Counted from the first letter of the stretch, positions 40,274-53,640 are shown. The stretch: DNA of 64,000 nucleotides from Tubiluchus corallicola (GCA_030141605.1 JAQGDQ010000109.1:248001-312000), one strand, 5' to 3'. Notes: generated by a model from the sequence alone, not told the origin. Program-made: numbers and translations.

Positions 40274-41678
40274 TTAAAATTCCTTATTTTATTTCGTTTC
40301 AAAATTTTTTTATATTTTGCTGGTTATTGATTTTATAAAACTAGCCGGGAAAATAACGTCTGGGTTGTTTTCTCTGTCGTACTGGCTTTGGCCATTTATT
40401 TTATTGAGACAGAATATATAATACTGTATATAAGCCACATGAATGTGGATAAGGCACATCTGGTAGGACATTTCTTTAATAATATACTAGCTTTTGGCTT
40501 TGCCACAACTATTTCTATTAAGTATGCCTGGTCGTAAGTCCTGAATCCCCGTTTGCAAAATCCGAAGTGCATAAAAACATTTAATAAAGGAACATTTTGT
40601 GAATTTACTGCCTTGATTCGTTTATACACTTGATGTAATAGAGAGATTTCCCAAGACCATTTAATTGGCGAAGGAGTGTATTCTAGAAAGTCCCCTTCTA
40701 TTTTTTGTACTCTTTACTTGATCATATTTTAATTTCTGTGAAAAACGACCAGCAAACCACGTCAATCACATGTTACTTTTTGGTTTGTGGTTACTTTCTT
40801 CACAGTTGATCTGCACCGAAAAAACGCACACTTCTTCACTTCTTATGAAGCAAATTTACTAATTGTTTAAATGTTTAGTGTTTACGTAGGTTGACCTTTT
40901 ACCAAAGCGTGTAAATTTTACATAAAACATAATACTGCGTGTGCATCATACAAAATTTAATATAAGTAACATTGGCAGAAGGAAACTTACAGTGACCCAA
41001 TTATGCGACGTCAAAGTGCAAGTAGCCTTGAGCAAACATGTATAATATAGTGAAAAAATTAAATAGAAATTGAAAACGCACTATACAGTTTTATATTCTA
41101 ATTTATGACGTTTGCTTAACTTTGCTTAAAAACTCCCGTGCGGTTGCTTTAGAGACAACTGACTACTTTTCATTCCTGATTTTGTCAGTGATTTAGCCGT
41201 TTAGGTTATACCTGCTCTACAAAACTTCATTGTCGTTGTTAAGAACATTTTTATTCTCACTAATATCACCGTCTTTAATACCTAGTGTCATCGTTCGCCA
41301 ATGTTTTAATGCTTTAAAACAGGACATTGCCATCGTCGTGATTAATGTTATGTCAATGTATGTCAACTTACAAACTGTTACGTATGTGATTTGTATAGGA
41401 TGAGTGTAGCACATTGCTTTGCACTGATAACTTGAAATTCTATTAGCTATTGGGTGCACCTTTGTCCGTGTAAAATTGCTTCATATCGATTATCCTTTGC
41501 CTTTCCATTACCATCCTTCCTTTCCTTCCCTTTTTCATATCCGACCCTTTTGTTTTTGTTTTTTCCTTTTTTTCTTACGAGGTGGCCTTGGCGAAATGCG
41601 GCGGTAATGCCCGCCAAGGTCTCCTCACTTTAATTTGTTATTAATTATTATTAGTTACTTTGTGATGTATATATATAT

Positions 41679-41775
41679 AAGTTTCAAGTTTTAAGTATAT
41701 TTATTATAAATGGACATTAGTATTCCCGGATTACTAATGTCCATTTATAATAAATATACTTAAAACTTGAAACTT
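41679..41775. repeat. Perfect 44-bp inverted repeat with a 9-nt spacer
   Basis: 41679-41722 is the exact reverse complement of 41732-41775. The spacer is TTCCCGGAT. Confidence 0.95.
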
Positions 41776-42640
41776 TTTAACTGCCGCGGTGCCACCGCCA
41801 GCATTACCACTAAGGAGAATAATTAAACACTGAGCGAGCAAAGGTTTAAGTTAAGCAACGTCAAGCCTGACCAATGACTAACAGAAAAACTGATTCTGTG
41901 TATTTTCATTTGCTATGTTGCTGCTAATACTTACCTAATCGTAGAAGCATGTGTACGTATGGATCCACTGCTGATTTAGTTACTTGTCTTAGAAACATAA
42001 AGACACACATAATTTGCCCCTTCATAATGAGACGAATTCTAAATAATCCATTCACAATCATCTATATCACGTACACCCTGTATTTGAGTGGTGGCATGTG
42101 GAGTATCGGTGAATGAATAAAATATGGTCAGGTGACCTTCAACTCAACTGAATTGAATTGAAATAATTAAAATTTATTTATCTCATTCAGATTACAAAAC
42201 TTAATACACAATATTCACATCATTTCTTCAATTAAAATAATATCGTCTTAGGCTATGGAACTTTAAAAAACGTTTCAAGAAAACAACGAAAAAAGAGGCT
42301 TGGAGTTGAGGTTTTTCCCAAACTTTGGGAGGACTTTCCCAAAAGCCTGCCAAGTTTTTTACAAAAAACCTCTACGATTAGGTGTTGAAAGTCATTTTTC
42401 GGCCTATGGCAACAACCTTACGGTTATTATTAAAGTGTCTGGATTATCCTCACAATAGACTAACATAGTAGGTATAGGTGTTTATTTTTTTCTGGTAACA
42501 GCCTAAGAGACCAACCGCTTATTACAATATAAGATTACACTCGTCTAGACCAAATAAAGAAAAAAGGCATAAAGGCGCAGCATCATCGCAAGGATGGTCT
42601 TTCACCACCTTTTTTAAATTGTGTTTCAGTGTGTAGATCT

Positions 42641-42694
42641 TTACTTAAACTGCCAATGTTGATTTTTATTCTTCAACACTCCATTATCACAAAA
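42641..42694 (-). CDS. Galaxin-like protein terminal exon
   Basis: Strong acceptor ttttctttttcag|FCDNGVLKNKNQHWQFK*, which completes the last half-repeat. Confidence 0.75.
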   Translation of the reverse strand, partial: FCDNGVLKNKNQHWQFK

Positions 42695-43319
42695 CTGAAA
42701 AAGAAAACAACAGATCAGCTCAAACAAAAAGTACTGTTGGTGAAGAGTTTTAGTAATGTTGCTTCCAAATTATAGTCATATCTATAATTTATCTGTAGTC
42801 TAATATTATCTACTAAAAGTATATATTATCACAACATATAGCCGTAGTTTTTTAAGTGTTTTGTGTAGCTTCAGAGTGGATGTAAAATGCATCCTTTACA
42901 AATGCCGAATACATATCAATGTTATGGGTTACATTATTATTACACTTTCTTTTCCTGTGTACGTAGGATCACTCAATTTGGTAAATGACCACTTTGATTG
43001 GCCTTAAAATGACTAAGAAAAGCGTAAATCTAATTAGGTTGAAATACAGATTGACAATCAGACATGTAGCAGTTCTTTATTGATCATCATGCAAACGGTA
43101 ACTGCTGTTATAAACTTTGAAGAAGTAGGGACTTGTGAACTGTGACCTGAGAAAATTTAACTCATTTTGTTTTTGATATAGGCTTACAATTTGCTATTTT
43201 CAACCCATTTTTCTCATTTAAGAAATGCATTACATCACACATGTGAGACAATTTTCATTTAAACTCACAAAAAAGAACACATTTGATGTCAACATTAATT
43301 TGAATTTGAAACAATGTAC

Positions 43320-43565
43320 CTTTTCCTGTGGATCGTAAGCTATATCATGGCAGCAAAAAGATCCATATCCTATGACGCCATTGCAGCATACTTGTCTGGC
43401 TGAGGTGAAAGCTAAATCATTGCAACATTTAGTCGTGCCAACATCATAGTTTTCAAATAGGTTGCCCAAACAGCAGACAGACTTGCTGGTCTTGTAAGGC
43501 TCCCCTTTACAACAGGCATCCCCATATCCAAGAGTCGGCGCCCCCCAGTGAGATTTGCAACAAAT
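43320..43565 (-). CDS. Galaxin-like protein exon 5
   Basis: ttccacag|ICCKSHWG...CCHDIAYDPQEK|gtacat; 246 nt, six CC motifs. Confidence 0.9.
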
Positions 43566-44029
43566 CTGTGGAATTAACCAAATAATCTGTATAAACACAT
43601 GAAAAGCGTTACGCTATGATGATGACTATCTACGACGACGACAATGATGATGATGATGATGATGGTGATGTTGATGATGATGATCATGATGATGATCATG
43701 ATGCTGATCAATCTAATAAAATAAAAAAATGAAAGGCTTTTTAAAAATAGTTGAAGAGTTGCCTTACAAAAGTCTCCTGTGCAAAACGTTCAATAAGAGA
43801 AATCAGTACATTATTTTACAGATTATACTTAATATATGTTTACTGTAATGAAGTCATTGTAATAGTTTATATTACATATTGCTAGGTACATTCAGAATAT
43901 TAAGAAAAATTCTAGGCAATATGGTACAAAGCTGAATCGTCAATCCAGAAGGTTTTTAAATTTGCATCTAAGCTGAAACCATTTAAGTCTATGACAACAT
44001 CCCATAACAGTATTAGGTTAAAGGCTTAC

Positions 44030-44257
44030 CTGCGACCCAGGGAAGTAAGCCTCGTGTCCACAACACTTGGTACCGTCTCCCACATGGCCTTCACAGCATG
44101 ACTGGCGATAGGGATTAAAAGCGTGGTGACCACAGCACTTATCAGCTTTGTCGCTTTTGTCAATCTTATTTCCTTGGCAGCATAGAGTTTTGGAAGCATC
44201 ATAAGGCCATCCGGCGCAGCATCCTTGTCCAGTTCCTAATCGACCATCACAGCACAC
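44030..44257 (-). CDS. Galaxin-like protein exon 4
   Basis: cttag|VCCDGRLGTGQGCCAGWPYDASKTLCCQG...CCGHEAYFPGSQ|gtaag; 228 nt, six CC motifs. Confidence 0.9.
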
Positions 44258-44309
44258 CTAAGTTTGCATCATAAATATTAGTAAAAGATTACTTCTAATG
44301 AAATGTGCG

Positions 44310-44355
<46 letters not shown>

Positions 44356-44896
44356 CAGTCATTTTGTACAATGATGTCAGAATGGTATAAGTGAATTTAT
44401 CTTGCTTGAATCGATTATAACTTTAATAACATTTGAAACATTAGAAAATTATTATATCTATTTAGAGGACAAGATCATAAACACTAATTACAAGAGCGAC
44501 GTTTGACGTCATAATAATTTAGAGATAATATGTGAGACTTTAGCTATATTTTCGGCGATTTAAACCGCCTCCCCTCATGCTTCATCATCACTTTTATGAT
44601 TGTTTACCTGCTGTCCGTTTTTAATATTGGCGCAGATGATTTGTCAACAACAACTTTTCCGTGCATTTTCAGCTTCCGTTACTCATTTTCAGAGTAACAG
44701 AAACAGATGGCAAACTATTTTCTTCAGACACTTCTAATGTTGCTTATAGGATATATACAGTATCTAGATACTTTTATTATTTAAACATTTTTCCCAGATC
44801 ATCTTGGTGCCTTGCCTGTCTATGAAGGTGACAGGACACACTTCCGCTAGTCCACCCTTCGTCAATTTCCCCCCGTTAAGACGTATTAAATCTTAC

Positions 44897-45046
44897 CGCA
44901 TGTTTAGGATTGTATGCCGTGTTAGCGCAACACTTGAATTTAGATTTCGAGTAAACTTTTCCTCCACAGCAGATCTGCTTACTTTGCCAGAAAGCCACTG
45001 TTCCACAGCATTTATCCCCGGCTCCTATCTTTCCTTTGCAACATAC
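44897..45046 (-). CDS. Galaxin-like protein exon 3 (missed by the ORF track)
   Basis: ttttacag|VCCKGKIGAGDKCCGTVAFWQSKQICCGGKVYSKSKFKCCANTAYNPKHA|gtaaga; 150 nt, phase 0/0. Confidence 0.9.
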
Positions 45047-46195
45047 CTGTAAAAGAAATTCGTTGTTTTGTAAACGCCATCGAACTATTAAAACTTTTCC
45101 AATAATAAAACAAGGACTTTCTGTTAAAATCGAGTAGAACCCTTGTCAAGCTTGTTGTTATTGCAGTTGCCATTGAGGATACCAACTCTGAAACATTTTT
45201 TTATTTTAACAAAGACAACTCGTCGTGAAAGTAATATTTCCGAAACACTCACCCGTCTTTTTGTACAGACTGGTGCAATTCGCGATAAAAATAAATACTT
45301 TAGATAATTATTTAAAAATCATGTTTTTTCTCCGATATTTGTTTATATTTGTCTAGGTGAGTATGTATTACATTTTTTATCATAAATACAATGAAAGAGT
45401 GCAAAATGGTATGCATTATGGAAAAAATAGTGTGACGGTTAGGCAGAAGACGGGTTCAGTATTCATAAACAATCGCATCGGGCATGATGGAATAATCAAA
45501 CATGGTTTTGAAACGGCAACGCAAGGTTTTTCGCCTCGGCGACAAATTGCACGCCTGCTGGCGTAAAGGCGCCTTTTGATGAGCTGAAGCCAGTAGCATA
45601 ACAGACAATTGGCCACGAGACATAAGTAAAAAGAACCACAGTCAAAATGGGTCCTATTTCGTGCTGTCTCCCCAGTTGCATGTTAAATCGGTTAACAGAT
45701 TCGAGCTATGTGGGATGTCCACTTTACAGAAATTTGGCATTTTGAGTGCTTGGGAATGGCCTACAGTGACTGGGCTATTGAAAATTATTGCACCCTCCAA
45801 AAAAACTTAACGAAAATTTAGACGATTTTGTCAACTAATATTAAACTAAAGCATTACCTGGACAAACAGAAATGTTTGTTGTTTCTCAGTACCCTCACAT
45901 ACGAAGGTTTGTAAAGTCAGCACACGTTACGTTAATGCCTATGGCCTAACACCCTCAACAATAACCTCAGTATATTAGGAGTTCCAAGATTAAAAAAAAA
46001 CCAAGGTGATGGACGTGAAAGTTGTGTTTATTCACTTTACATTTTCCATGATCCTGCTGGGGTAACATTACAAAATTAGAAATTAAATACAAAATTTTTG
46101 TAAAGCTACTAATTATGTTAAAAGTATAAAGACATTGAAATGGTACGCTATTTTTGCGTCAGCTTATTAACAGTGATATTTAACATGGTACAAAC

Positions 46196-46419
46196 TTTGT
46201 TTGAGCCCCTGTTAAATGGAACATCTCCACAACAGGCCGAGCTTTTGCTTCTTTGTCCTACGTTTCCATTGCAGCAGATTTGTGCTTGGGGATTGTAGGA
46301 TTTTGTGCCACAGCATGACCTGCCATGATCTCTGTCGTACAAATTCCAGCCACAGCAAAGTTGAACTGACGGATCATAGTGAACAAATCCACATTTAGCG
46401 TCATGTCTAGCGTCCCAAT
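46196..46419 (-). CDS. Galaxin-like protein exon 2
   Basis: Encodes DWDARHDAKCGFVHYDPSVQLCCGWNLYDRDHGRSCCGTKSYNPQAQICCNGNVGQRSKSSACCGDVPFNRGSNK, the galaxin-type CCG..xYxP...xCCxG repeat. The donor gtttgt is weak. Confidence 0.85.
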
Positions 46420-46938
46420 CTTTATCATAATTAATACAAAAAAGAAGTAGATAAGCCGTAAAATATAAGACAGCCTATTGTGTTTTATGTATTTTGTTAC
46501 CGTTTCATTATTTTTATACAATTAAGTAAATATAAACAACGAATTAATTTCACCTATTAAAATATTAGTATGATGCATGTGCACCATTCCAAAACAAAAC
46601 ATTTAAATGCAGAAAACACAAGTAAGTAAACAAGACGCAAATAAATAAGCTAACAAAGAAACTGGAAAGCAAACAAACCGACAGATTAACAGAACGACAT
46701 GCAAATAGGCAGCCAACAAGACAAAGAGGCAGATAGACAGACGAACAAACAGACAAACAGTAAAACAAACAAATTAACATATAATTATAAATTAAAATAA
46801 CTAGAGAAAAAAACGATTCCAAGGCGAAGACAGTAAGAGAATAAGGAAGATCTTTCAATCTTAGAAATAAAAATTGTATTAGACCAAGCATTAAACTATG
46901 TCATTTTTATCTCGTACAGAAAAAAATATACGACTTAC

Positions 46939-46999
46939 CGTCATGCGAGTGTACCACCATAATGCACAGGAAAAACCACCATAAACTCCACGGCCCCAT
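46939..46999 (-). CDS. Galaxin-like protein, signal-peptide exon (join 46999-46939, 46419-46196, 45046-44897, 44257-44030, 43565-43320, 42694-42641; about 320 aa)
   Basis: Encodes MGPWSLWWFFLCIMVVHSHD then G|gtaagt (phase 1), compatible with the acceptor at 46419. Confidence 0.8.
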
Positions 47000-49900
47000 G
47001 ATGATGAGTTGCAGACTCTTAGATGCAATGACACTTTGTATTGTACCAGGTACTACTGATCTACATATTTTCCGCACTTTGGATTAGGACGAAGCATCCT
47101 ATTCCACAGGATACGATTCCTGTCCTTTACAGGAACCACGTGAGAGGAGTGGAGCTGTGCAGCAAGATATAGGCAATTGTAATCTGTCCATATCTTTTCT
47201 CAACGGTGTACAAATTTGCTTCAACTAAGTCAAATTATTTTCAAAAACAAAACATAAAAATTAATTACAAACAGTTTCGCTTCGCGCTTTATTTTACTAT
47301 CTTTATAAATTTTTCAACGTCGCCGTAGCGATAGAAACTTTAGTGCAAAATCCACCAAAAGTTTTTAAGATCATCTGAGAAACGCTCCTGTATAGCGAAC
47401 AAATTACTCAAAGAAAGTTTTCTATTTTAATAAGCTTACAATTCGCATTCTTAGGTAAAATGGGAAAATGCAATAACACTGGCTAATGTCGCACAATGAT
47501 GGTACAAACCCACAATTATTTAAAGTTGGAACCAAACTCAAACGGGACCTCCGACTTACAGGGCCGCCGCTAGAACAACTAGGTCACCCGTTTCCCGGTT
47601 ATCATGACAGTCCAAAATTCATCCCTTATAGCTGGCCAACCACTTCAGCATTTCCAACATTAGATTGCTCACACTAGAGTGATTCTAATTAATATAGCTA
47701 GACACACCGTTGTGCAATAATCTTCACGGTTTACAAAATTATAAAGTAGCATAGACGTTTTGTTTGTTTATTAATAAAGAAGGGAAAAAAGCAGCGTCTG
47801 TACTGCTATGCTATTTTAGTAAGCTCATTGTCCGATGTCAAAAGCATTAATGACGTTTGCTTGTTTTCGTACGAGTTTCTTCGACTAGTATTTGGTAATA
47901 ATGCTACGGCCGCTACACATGGCTCATGCAGAAGCAGCTCTTCTGGTTGTTTCTATGCCCTTAATATTACCCGCACAATTTACGAATGAAACCGGCCCGG
48001 CATCGCAAAGCCAAGTGCACACCATGACTACCCATATCATTTGAAATGTTATTAGGTCCCATTGACTCCTTATACCTTTCGCTACCGTAGCTTGTCCGTC
48101 CCTCGTCCCTCAACAATTTGAGTAAGCCAACTATACGTGACCCTCTTAAGTAGACTGGTGAGTTTGGAGTGACGCTTTTACTTGAGTGCTTGTTGGTCTG
48201 GGTGAAGATGACAATCAAAAGAAAGATCGAGAAGGCATAAACAGAATAGTAACAAACGTATTAAAATCGCTCTAGCTGCACATGGTGGGATATTGGGGGA
48301 ATCTGACTCAGTTTCGTTACAAGGAATTATTGACCTGTCACTTAGCGACAACTCAACATAGACAACAACGCCCCGAACCCCAAGGAGGGGCTATTAGTGA
48401 CCGATTACTGATCATGTAACAATTATTACAGCAGGTCATTTGACCCATTTCGTTTTTATACCCGACTTTTCGCGATTAGAACAAGGCGATTATAGTATAA
48501 CAGAAGCAGATTTTGTTCTGCCAAATGTAGGGTGCAGATGTGTAGAACCAGGTAATAATTTTTTTGGGTACTGGCTTGCAGCAACGTTGGCATCAAAGGT
48601 TACAGGAATCGGAAAAATTGCCAAATGCAGCTGTGAAAACTAGCATATAATACGATTACTGGAGAATGTAAATGAAGAATTAATGTTTCTGAACCAAAAT
48701 TAAACGTCAAAAACTTTTGACCTTGATTTTTCAAGCTTATTAATTTTCAAGCCAAATTCTGACCTAAAAAACATTTGACCTTGCGTTTAAATATGAAAAA
48801 CATGGAACTACCACATATTAATACCCTACCAAAAACGTGCTTCTAATACAGAACATTTCACGATACTAAGAGGTGATTGGTAACTGATTGACTGCTAATT
48901 CACTGTTGGAACATAAAACCGATGCGAATGGTTGCTTATCAAAACTTAGGCAGATCCAATATAATCGAATGTTTGGATATTTTGGTAATTTATTGGTGGA
49001 TTACTGATCACGCTACAATTATAATGGCATGTTAATTTCGTAAAATTCCTCCATCGATTCTATCGAATAGTTACGGTACTAAAACGAAAACCATTTTTTC
49101 GTTCTTCAAATATAGATAATCGCGGAACAGATTTTCTCGAAAGAATTGCAAAACAAATGCTTTTTGTTTTTCTTTTCTGAATCTGTATATTACGCAGTAG
49201 TACTGAAAAATTCGCCTTATAAATTGGCCTTGTGAAAATTTTTTTAGGGCCGATTGAACTTTTGGCTCGGATGAGCAGTTGAAAATTAGGAGGTAAGTTA
49301 CAAATTGATTTATTTTGCATTGTTTCTGTTATATCGCACTTGACATATTGTCATATTAGAAACTTGACATATTGTCGGTTTAACAATAATAAGATAAAAT
49401 CTTAAAGAATTCCACAATTTCCTAAAACCACCATTGATTGAAAATCCGGTCAAATTGGGGCAAATATGAATATCGTCATTTATACTACAAACGGTATAGT
49501 CAGTGAGCTAGATTTCCACAATTTAGTCAACAATTCTATTGGTGGAGACAATTTTTTCAATGCAGGAGTCCACCAGGATGAAAAACTGCACGTATCAGAG
49601 TGTTAGAAGTGCCTAGTGGGCCGTCCCATGACACAGCTTTGTGGGTGGTACTGACCCATTTGTGGATTCACATTCAGAAAACTATGTTTGTACAAATTTA
49701 TGCGTTTCAAGGATGAGGCTACACAGTACTTTAGCCACGCTGTAGAACATGACGCAATGAAGAGGAAGAAGAATCAGTCAGTTTATGGCAGCCGGCTCTA
49801 TTATCAGTTGCGGTTGCTTGATAAGTGCATTTGTACACACATTTCTCTTCTCATAATAATTGCAATATTTTTCATTATTGGAAGTTTCAGACGGATTTGT

Positions 49901-50714
49901 GCAAGAAAATATTGATATCTTGGTTTGGCAACTGAAGCATGCAAAGAACATTTATTAATGTTTCTCTTATAGCTGCTATTACATAGTTTGCTAAAGTAAA
50001 TAAACTTCACATTGGTTTCCGGATATAACTCTCATTTTCCGCTGTTATAAACTTGAACAAATGTGCGATTTATAAAAACCGTGTCCCTGTGTCATAGAAC
50101 ACGATGCAAAGTTATTTATCAAAGTAAGTGTCAAGAAGCAGGAGCCGTGGTTTGTGTTCAGACATTTTCAGTATTATTCTTCTTACGGACATCTCGTTTC
50201 ATAGGAATATAGAAGTTCGGTAAAATTTATCAGCTATTGAAAATTGACTTAAATGGATTGTTTACTTGTTGTACTGCATCAACTCGGCCATCCGCGTCCT
50301 TTATCCACTGGTCTTAGTTTCGAAAGTGTAGCTCCTGTAGGCTTCAAAATTCTTTGGAAATAAATACAGTGGAACGGTTCGTACCTATAAATGTTTCTAT
50401 ACGTGTGTATGACACATTTAATCTATATTATGTAAACTACATAAATTCAAATTTGCGACATTGCTTGTTAATACTGTACAAACGCCATTTAAAAAAGCTA
50501 TAGTTATTTTAAAAACGCCCGGGTGCGATATTTATTTAAATTTACATCAAATCTCTGCTGTTGGTAAAAATTGATAACTGATCGCAAGTCGATTAGACAA
50601 CTGTTTTAATATCTTCATTGTCGTCAACAACATCGTCTTCATTTTCGTCATCAACGGCATCGTCGTCATCGTCATCATCAATCATACCATTATTATTGTA
50701 GTTATTATCAGAAA

Positions 50715-51851
50715 TTATTGCCAATTTGACAATAAAACCACGATGTTGCAAGTACACACTGCAAAAGTAAGCAGCAAACGCTGATAAGTTATTAATGAGC
50801 CAACTGGTGCAAGAAATATAGGAGAAGCACAGCTTGCTGATTTTTGTAACTTATTAGTACAATTAAGAAGGGTTCTGCTTCTTTCCAAACAATCCCGATG
50901 GATGTCGCACATGTCTTCCAAACTGACGCACTGTTTCTTTCCACAACGGTACTTGCCGTCTGGACAAGGCAAGCAATCATTTTCGTCGCTGTTATCGCCA
51001 CAATCGTCAGTTCCATCACAGACACCTTTAAACTGAATGCAATGCTTATTTTCACATCGAAACTCTTTGCACCATGAACAGTTGTGTTCATCGCTTTCGT
51101 CTGCGCAGTGGACGACAGAATCGCAAAACTTACTATCTTCAAGACACTCATGATTTTTGCATAGAGATTTCATTGGACCACATGGAGGACATTGCTTTAC
51201 AAACTCGTCACTGCCATCGTCACAATGGACGGTGCCGTCGCACACTTGATGCTTGTAAACGCATTGTCCATTGTCGCATCTGAATGTCACTGAACCTTTG
51301 CAAGTAGAACAGCTACGTTCATCTGAACCGTCCAAGCAATCTGCAACGCCATTGCACACTTGAACTTTTGGTAGACATTTTTTGCCGCCATCGCAAGAAA
51401 ATGGGTTTTGGTGTACGCAGTCGTGAGAACAACCCTCACGTTCATCATCACCAAGTAGACAATTTAAGTGTCCATCGCAGTAATCATTGCGACTGATACA
51501 TTTCGTGCTGCCTTTGCACTTGTACCTTCCAGGCCAAAGTTCTGTACAAATTGCGCAGCTGTTCTCGTCAGAGGCGTCGTCGCAGTCAGGTGCCCCATTA
51601 CATACAACTGATAATGGCACACACTGGTTTTCATTGCAGTGAAACGAAAAATTGCCTGTACAAGTGTCACAGTTTTTTTCATCTGAGCCATCCCCACAAT
51701 GGTCAGTGCCATCACACACTGGCTCAAGAATGCACCGGCCATTATCGCACAAGTGACCTTCTAGTGACGGACCATACTGCGTGTTCATACACGACTGCAA
51801 ACAGCCAGCGTCCCTGACAAACACAAACATGACGACAAGCGGCAACCACAT
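50715..51851 (-). CDS. Intronless secreted/GPI-like protein with eight LDL-receptor class A repeats
   Basis: Signal peptide MWLPLVVMFVFVRDAG, seven complete C..C...C...CDG..DC.DGSDE..C modules plus one lacking the acidic motif, and a hydrophobic C-terminus. A minus-strand AATAAA lies near 50531-50536. Confidence 0.92.
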   Translation of the reverse strand: MWLPLVVMFVFVRDAGCLQSCMNTQYGPSLEGHLCDNGRCILEPVCDGTDHCGDGSDEKNCDTCTGNFSFHCNENQCVPLSVVCNGAPDCDDASDENSCAICTELWPGRYKCKGSTKCISRNDYCDGHLNCLLGDDEREGCSHDCVHQNPFSCDGGKKCLPKVQVCNGVADCLDGSDERSCSTCKGSVTFRCDNGQCVYKHQVCDGTVHCDDGSDEFVKQCPPCGPMKSLCKNHECLEDSKFCDSVVHCADESDEHNCSWCKEFRCENKHCIQFKGVCDGTDDCGDNSDENDCLPCPDGKYRCGKKQCVSLEDMCDIHRDCLERSRTLLNCTNKLQKSASCASPIFLAPVGSLITYQRLLLTFAVCTCNIVVLLSNWQ

Positions 51852-52859
51852 TTCGAGGTCCGAAAGTAAAAATACACTCGAAAACTATCTTCTCGGTTAT
51901 TACATTCTTTTCTAACTCTCAAGCAGAACCATTTAACGCGTTTAGCTTTACAAGTTAAACATCTTGCATTTAGCGCATCGTCTGTAACAGCAATTTTTTA
52001 TTAGCCACTTAGTTTCGAATCACGTACTCAGACTAAACGCTCACTGGGCCCAAAATAGCGATTTATCAACGAACCAAATAAGCCGCCTTCCTTAAATATG
52101 AGAAAAGATGTATGAATTACTTAGTCAACGAAGAACTACTCGATAATTAAGCGCACAGAGACACTTTAGAATGCTCACGTACTGCCGCATGCACGAAAGC
52201 AACTTTTCAAACCCCAATTTTATAGTGCAGCATTTGTATGTTACATTTTCACTAACCGTGAGGTTGGAATGGTATAATTTGTTCAACTTGCATCGATGAT
52301 AAAGTAGTGCAACATCTGCTGTGGTATAATTAGTCCTTCCTTGCATGAAACTGCGTGGGCAATCAATGCCTGAATTAAAGAAATTTTGTATTCCACCTGC
52401 CAACTTGAAAATGCTTATTTAGTAATAAGTGGCTATATGTCTAGTTCATAACTTAAGCTAGCTTAACCAAACTCTTCTCGGCTTCGAAATGCTGACATAT
52501 CATTGCGAATAATCCGACACCAGTTGGCACGTTGCTGACATTTTGAATGTTTTCAAATGTTTTGATTCTGATTTGTTTGAGCACGGATTTCAATTTGTCT
52601 TTGTGGTGGTGAAGATAGCATTCTGATGGTTGGCTGAAGAGAATTTGACGAAGAAGCCTGTTTTCCTGCATTTTCTGACATGTCCTGACTGGAGAAGACA
52701 GTATTTCGTAAGGTGCTTGATGCTCTGGCTGTCTGCTCATTCGAGGCCGCCTTGCTGGTGATGTATGATGTTGATGATGATGTAAAAACGTATGATGTTC
52801 AGAACGGAGCGCAACTTGCTGGTGGAAACGTCTCAATGTGACAAAGTCCAAGTTTCGAA

Positions 52860-53640
52860 TGATGCTAACATGCGGAAACTATGATACGAAAGCTGAATGT
52901 CTAGTCGTGAGTCGAAATTCACAGTTAAATTTTGTTATTCTTCATGGCGTAAGTGTTGATGAATCATTTATAACACCTATGATCAGACCGCCAAGAACCT
53001 GGTCGTAACTTTTTATCCTAATTATGTCTTTTAATCAACATACAGCCAACGTTTGCAAAAGTACATTTTATCATTTACGTAACATCTATTGTACTAGAAA
53101 GTATTTAACTAAATCATTTCCCAAAATCTCTTATATATGCACTTATTAGTAACCAGGCTTGATTACTGTAATAGTCTCATAATTGGATTACCTGATTATC
53201 AAGTTGCTAAATCACAACTAGTACAGAATTCTCCAGTTCGACATATTACTATCAACAAAACAAATTATCATATGACACCTGATTTAATTAATCTTCATTG
53301 GGTTCCCATTGTACACAGAGAGTAATATACAAAATTAAATTACTGTATTGACCTTCAGAACTCTCAATGATCACGCCCCCCGCCTATGTAACTAACTTGT
53401 TTTCTTTCTATTTTTCAGCTAGATCTTCGAGATTGTCAAATTCTCTGTTATTAAATACACCTAAATCACCTCCGGTCTCTGCTGGTGACAGAGCTTTTTG
53501 TTGTAGCTCCAAAATTATGAAATAAATTGCCACTGCAGCTACGTGATGATAACATTAATTTTTTTAAACGACGTTTGAAAACTGAACTTTTAGAGCAGCT
53601 TTTTCGATTGATGATTATGTTTTATTGTTTTATGTTTTAT
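52860..53640 (+). mobile_element. Degraded L2-clade LINE 3' end
   Basis: 53137-53325 translates HLLVTRLDYCNSLIIGLPDYQVAKSQLVQNSPVR...HMTPDLINLHWVPI (L2 RLDYCNSLL.GLP...HITP.L..LHWLP motif). GDRAF, WNKLP-like and FKRRLKTEL remnants follow. Confidence 0.85.

Noticed and set aside
52125-52851. Ser/Thr/Gln-rich minus-strand frames upstream of the LDL-A gene
   Set aside because: No recognisable motif and interrupted by stops; adjacent to an L2 remnant and possibly TE-derived.
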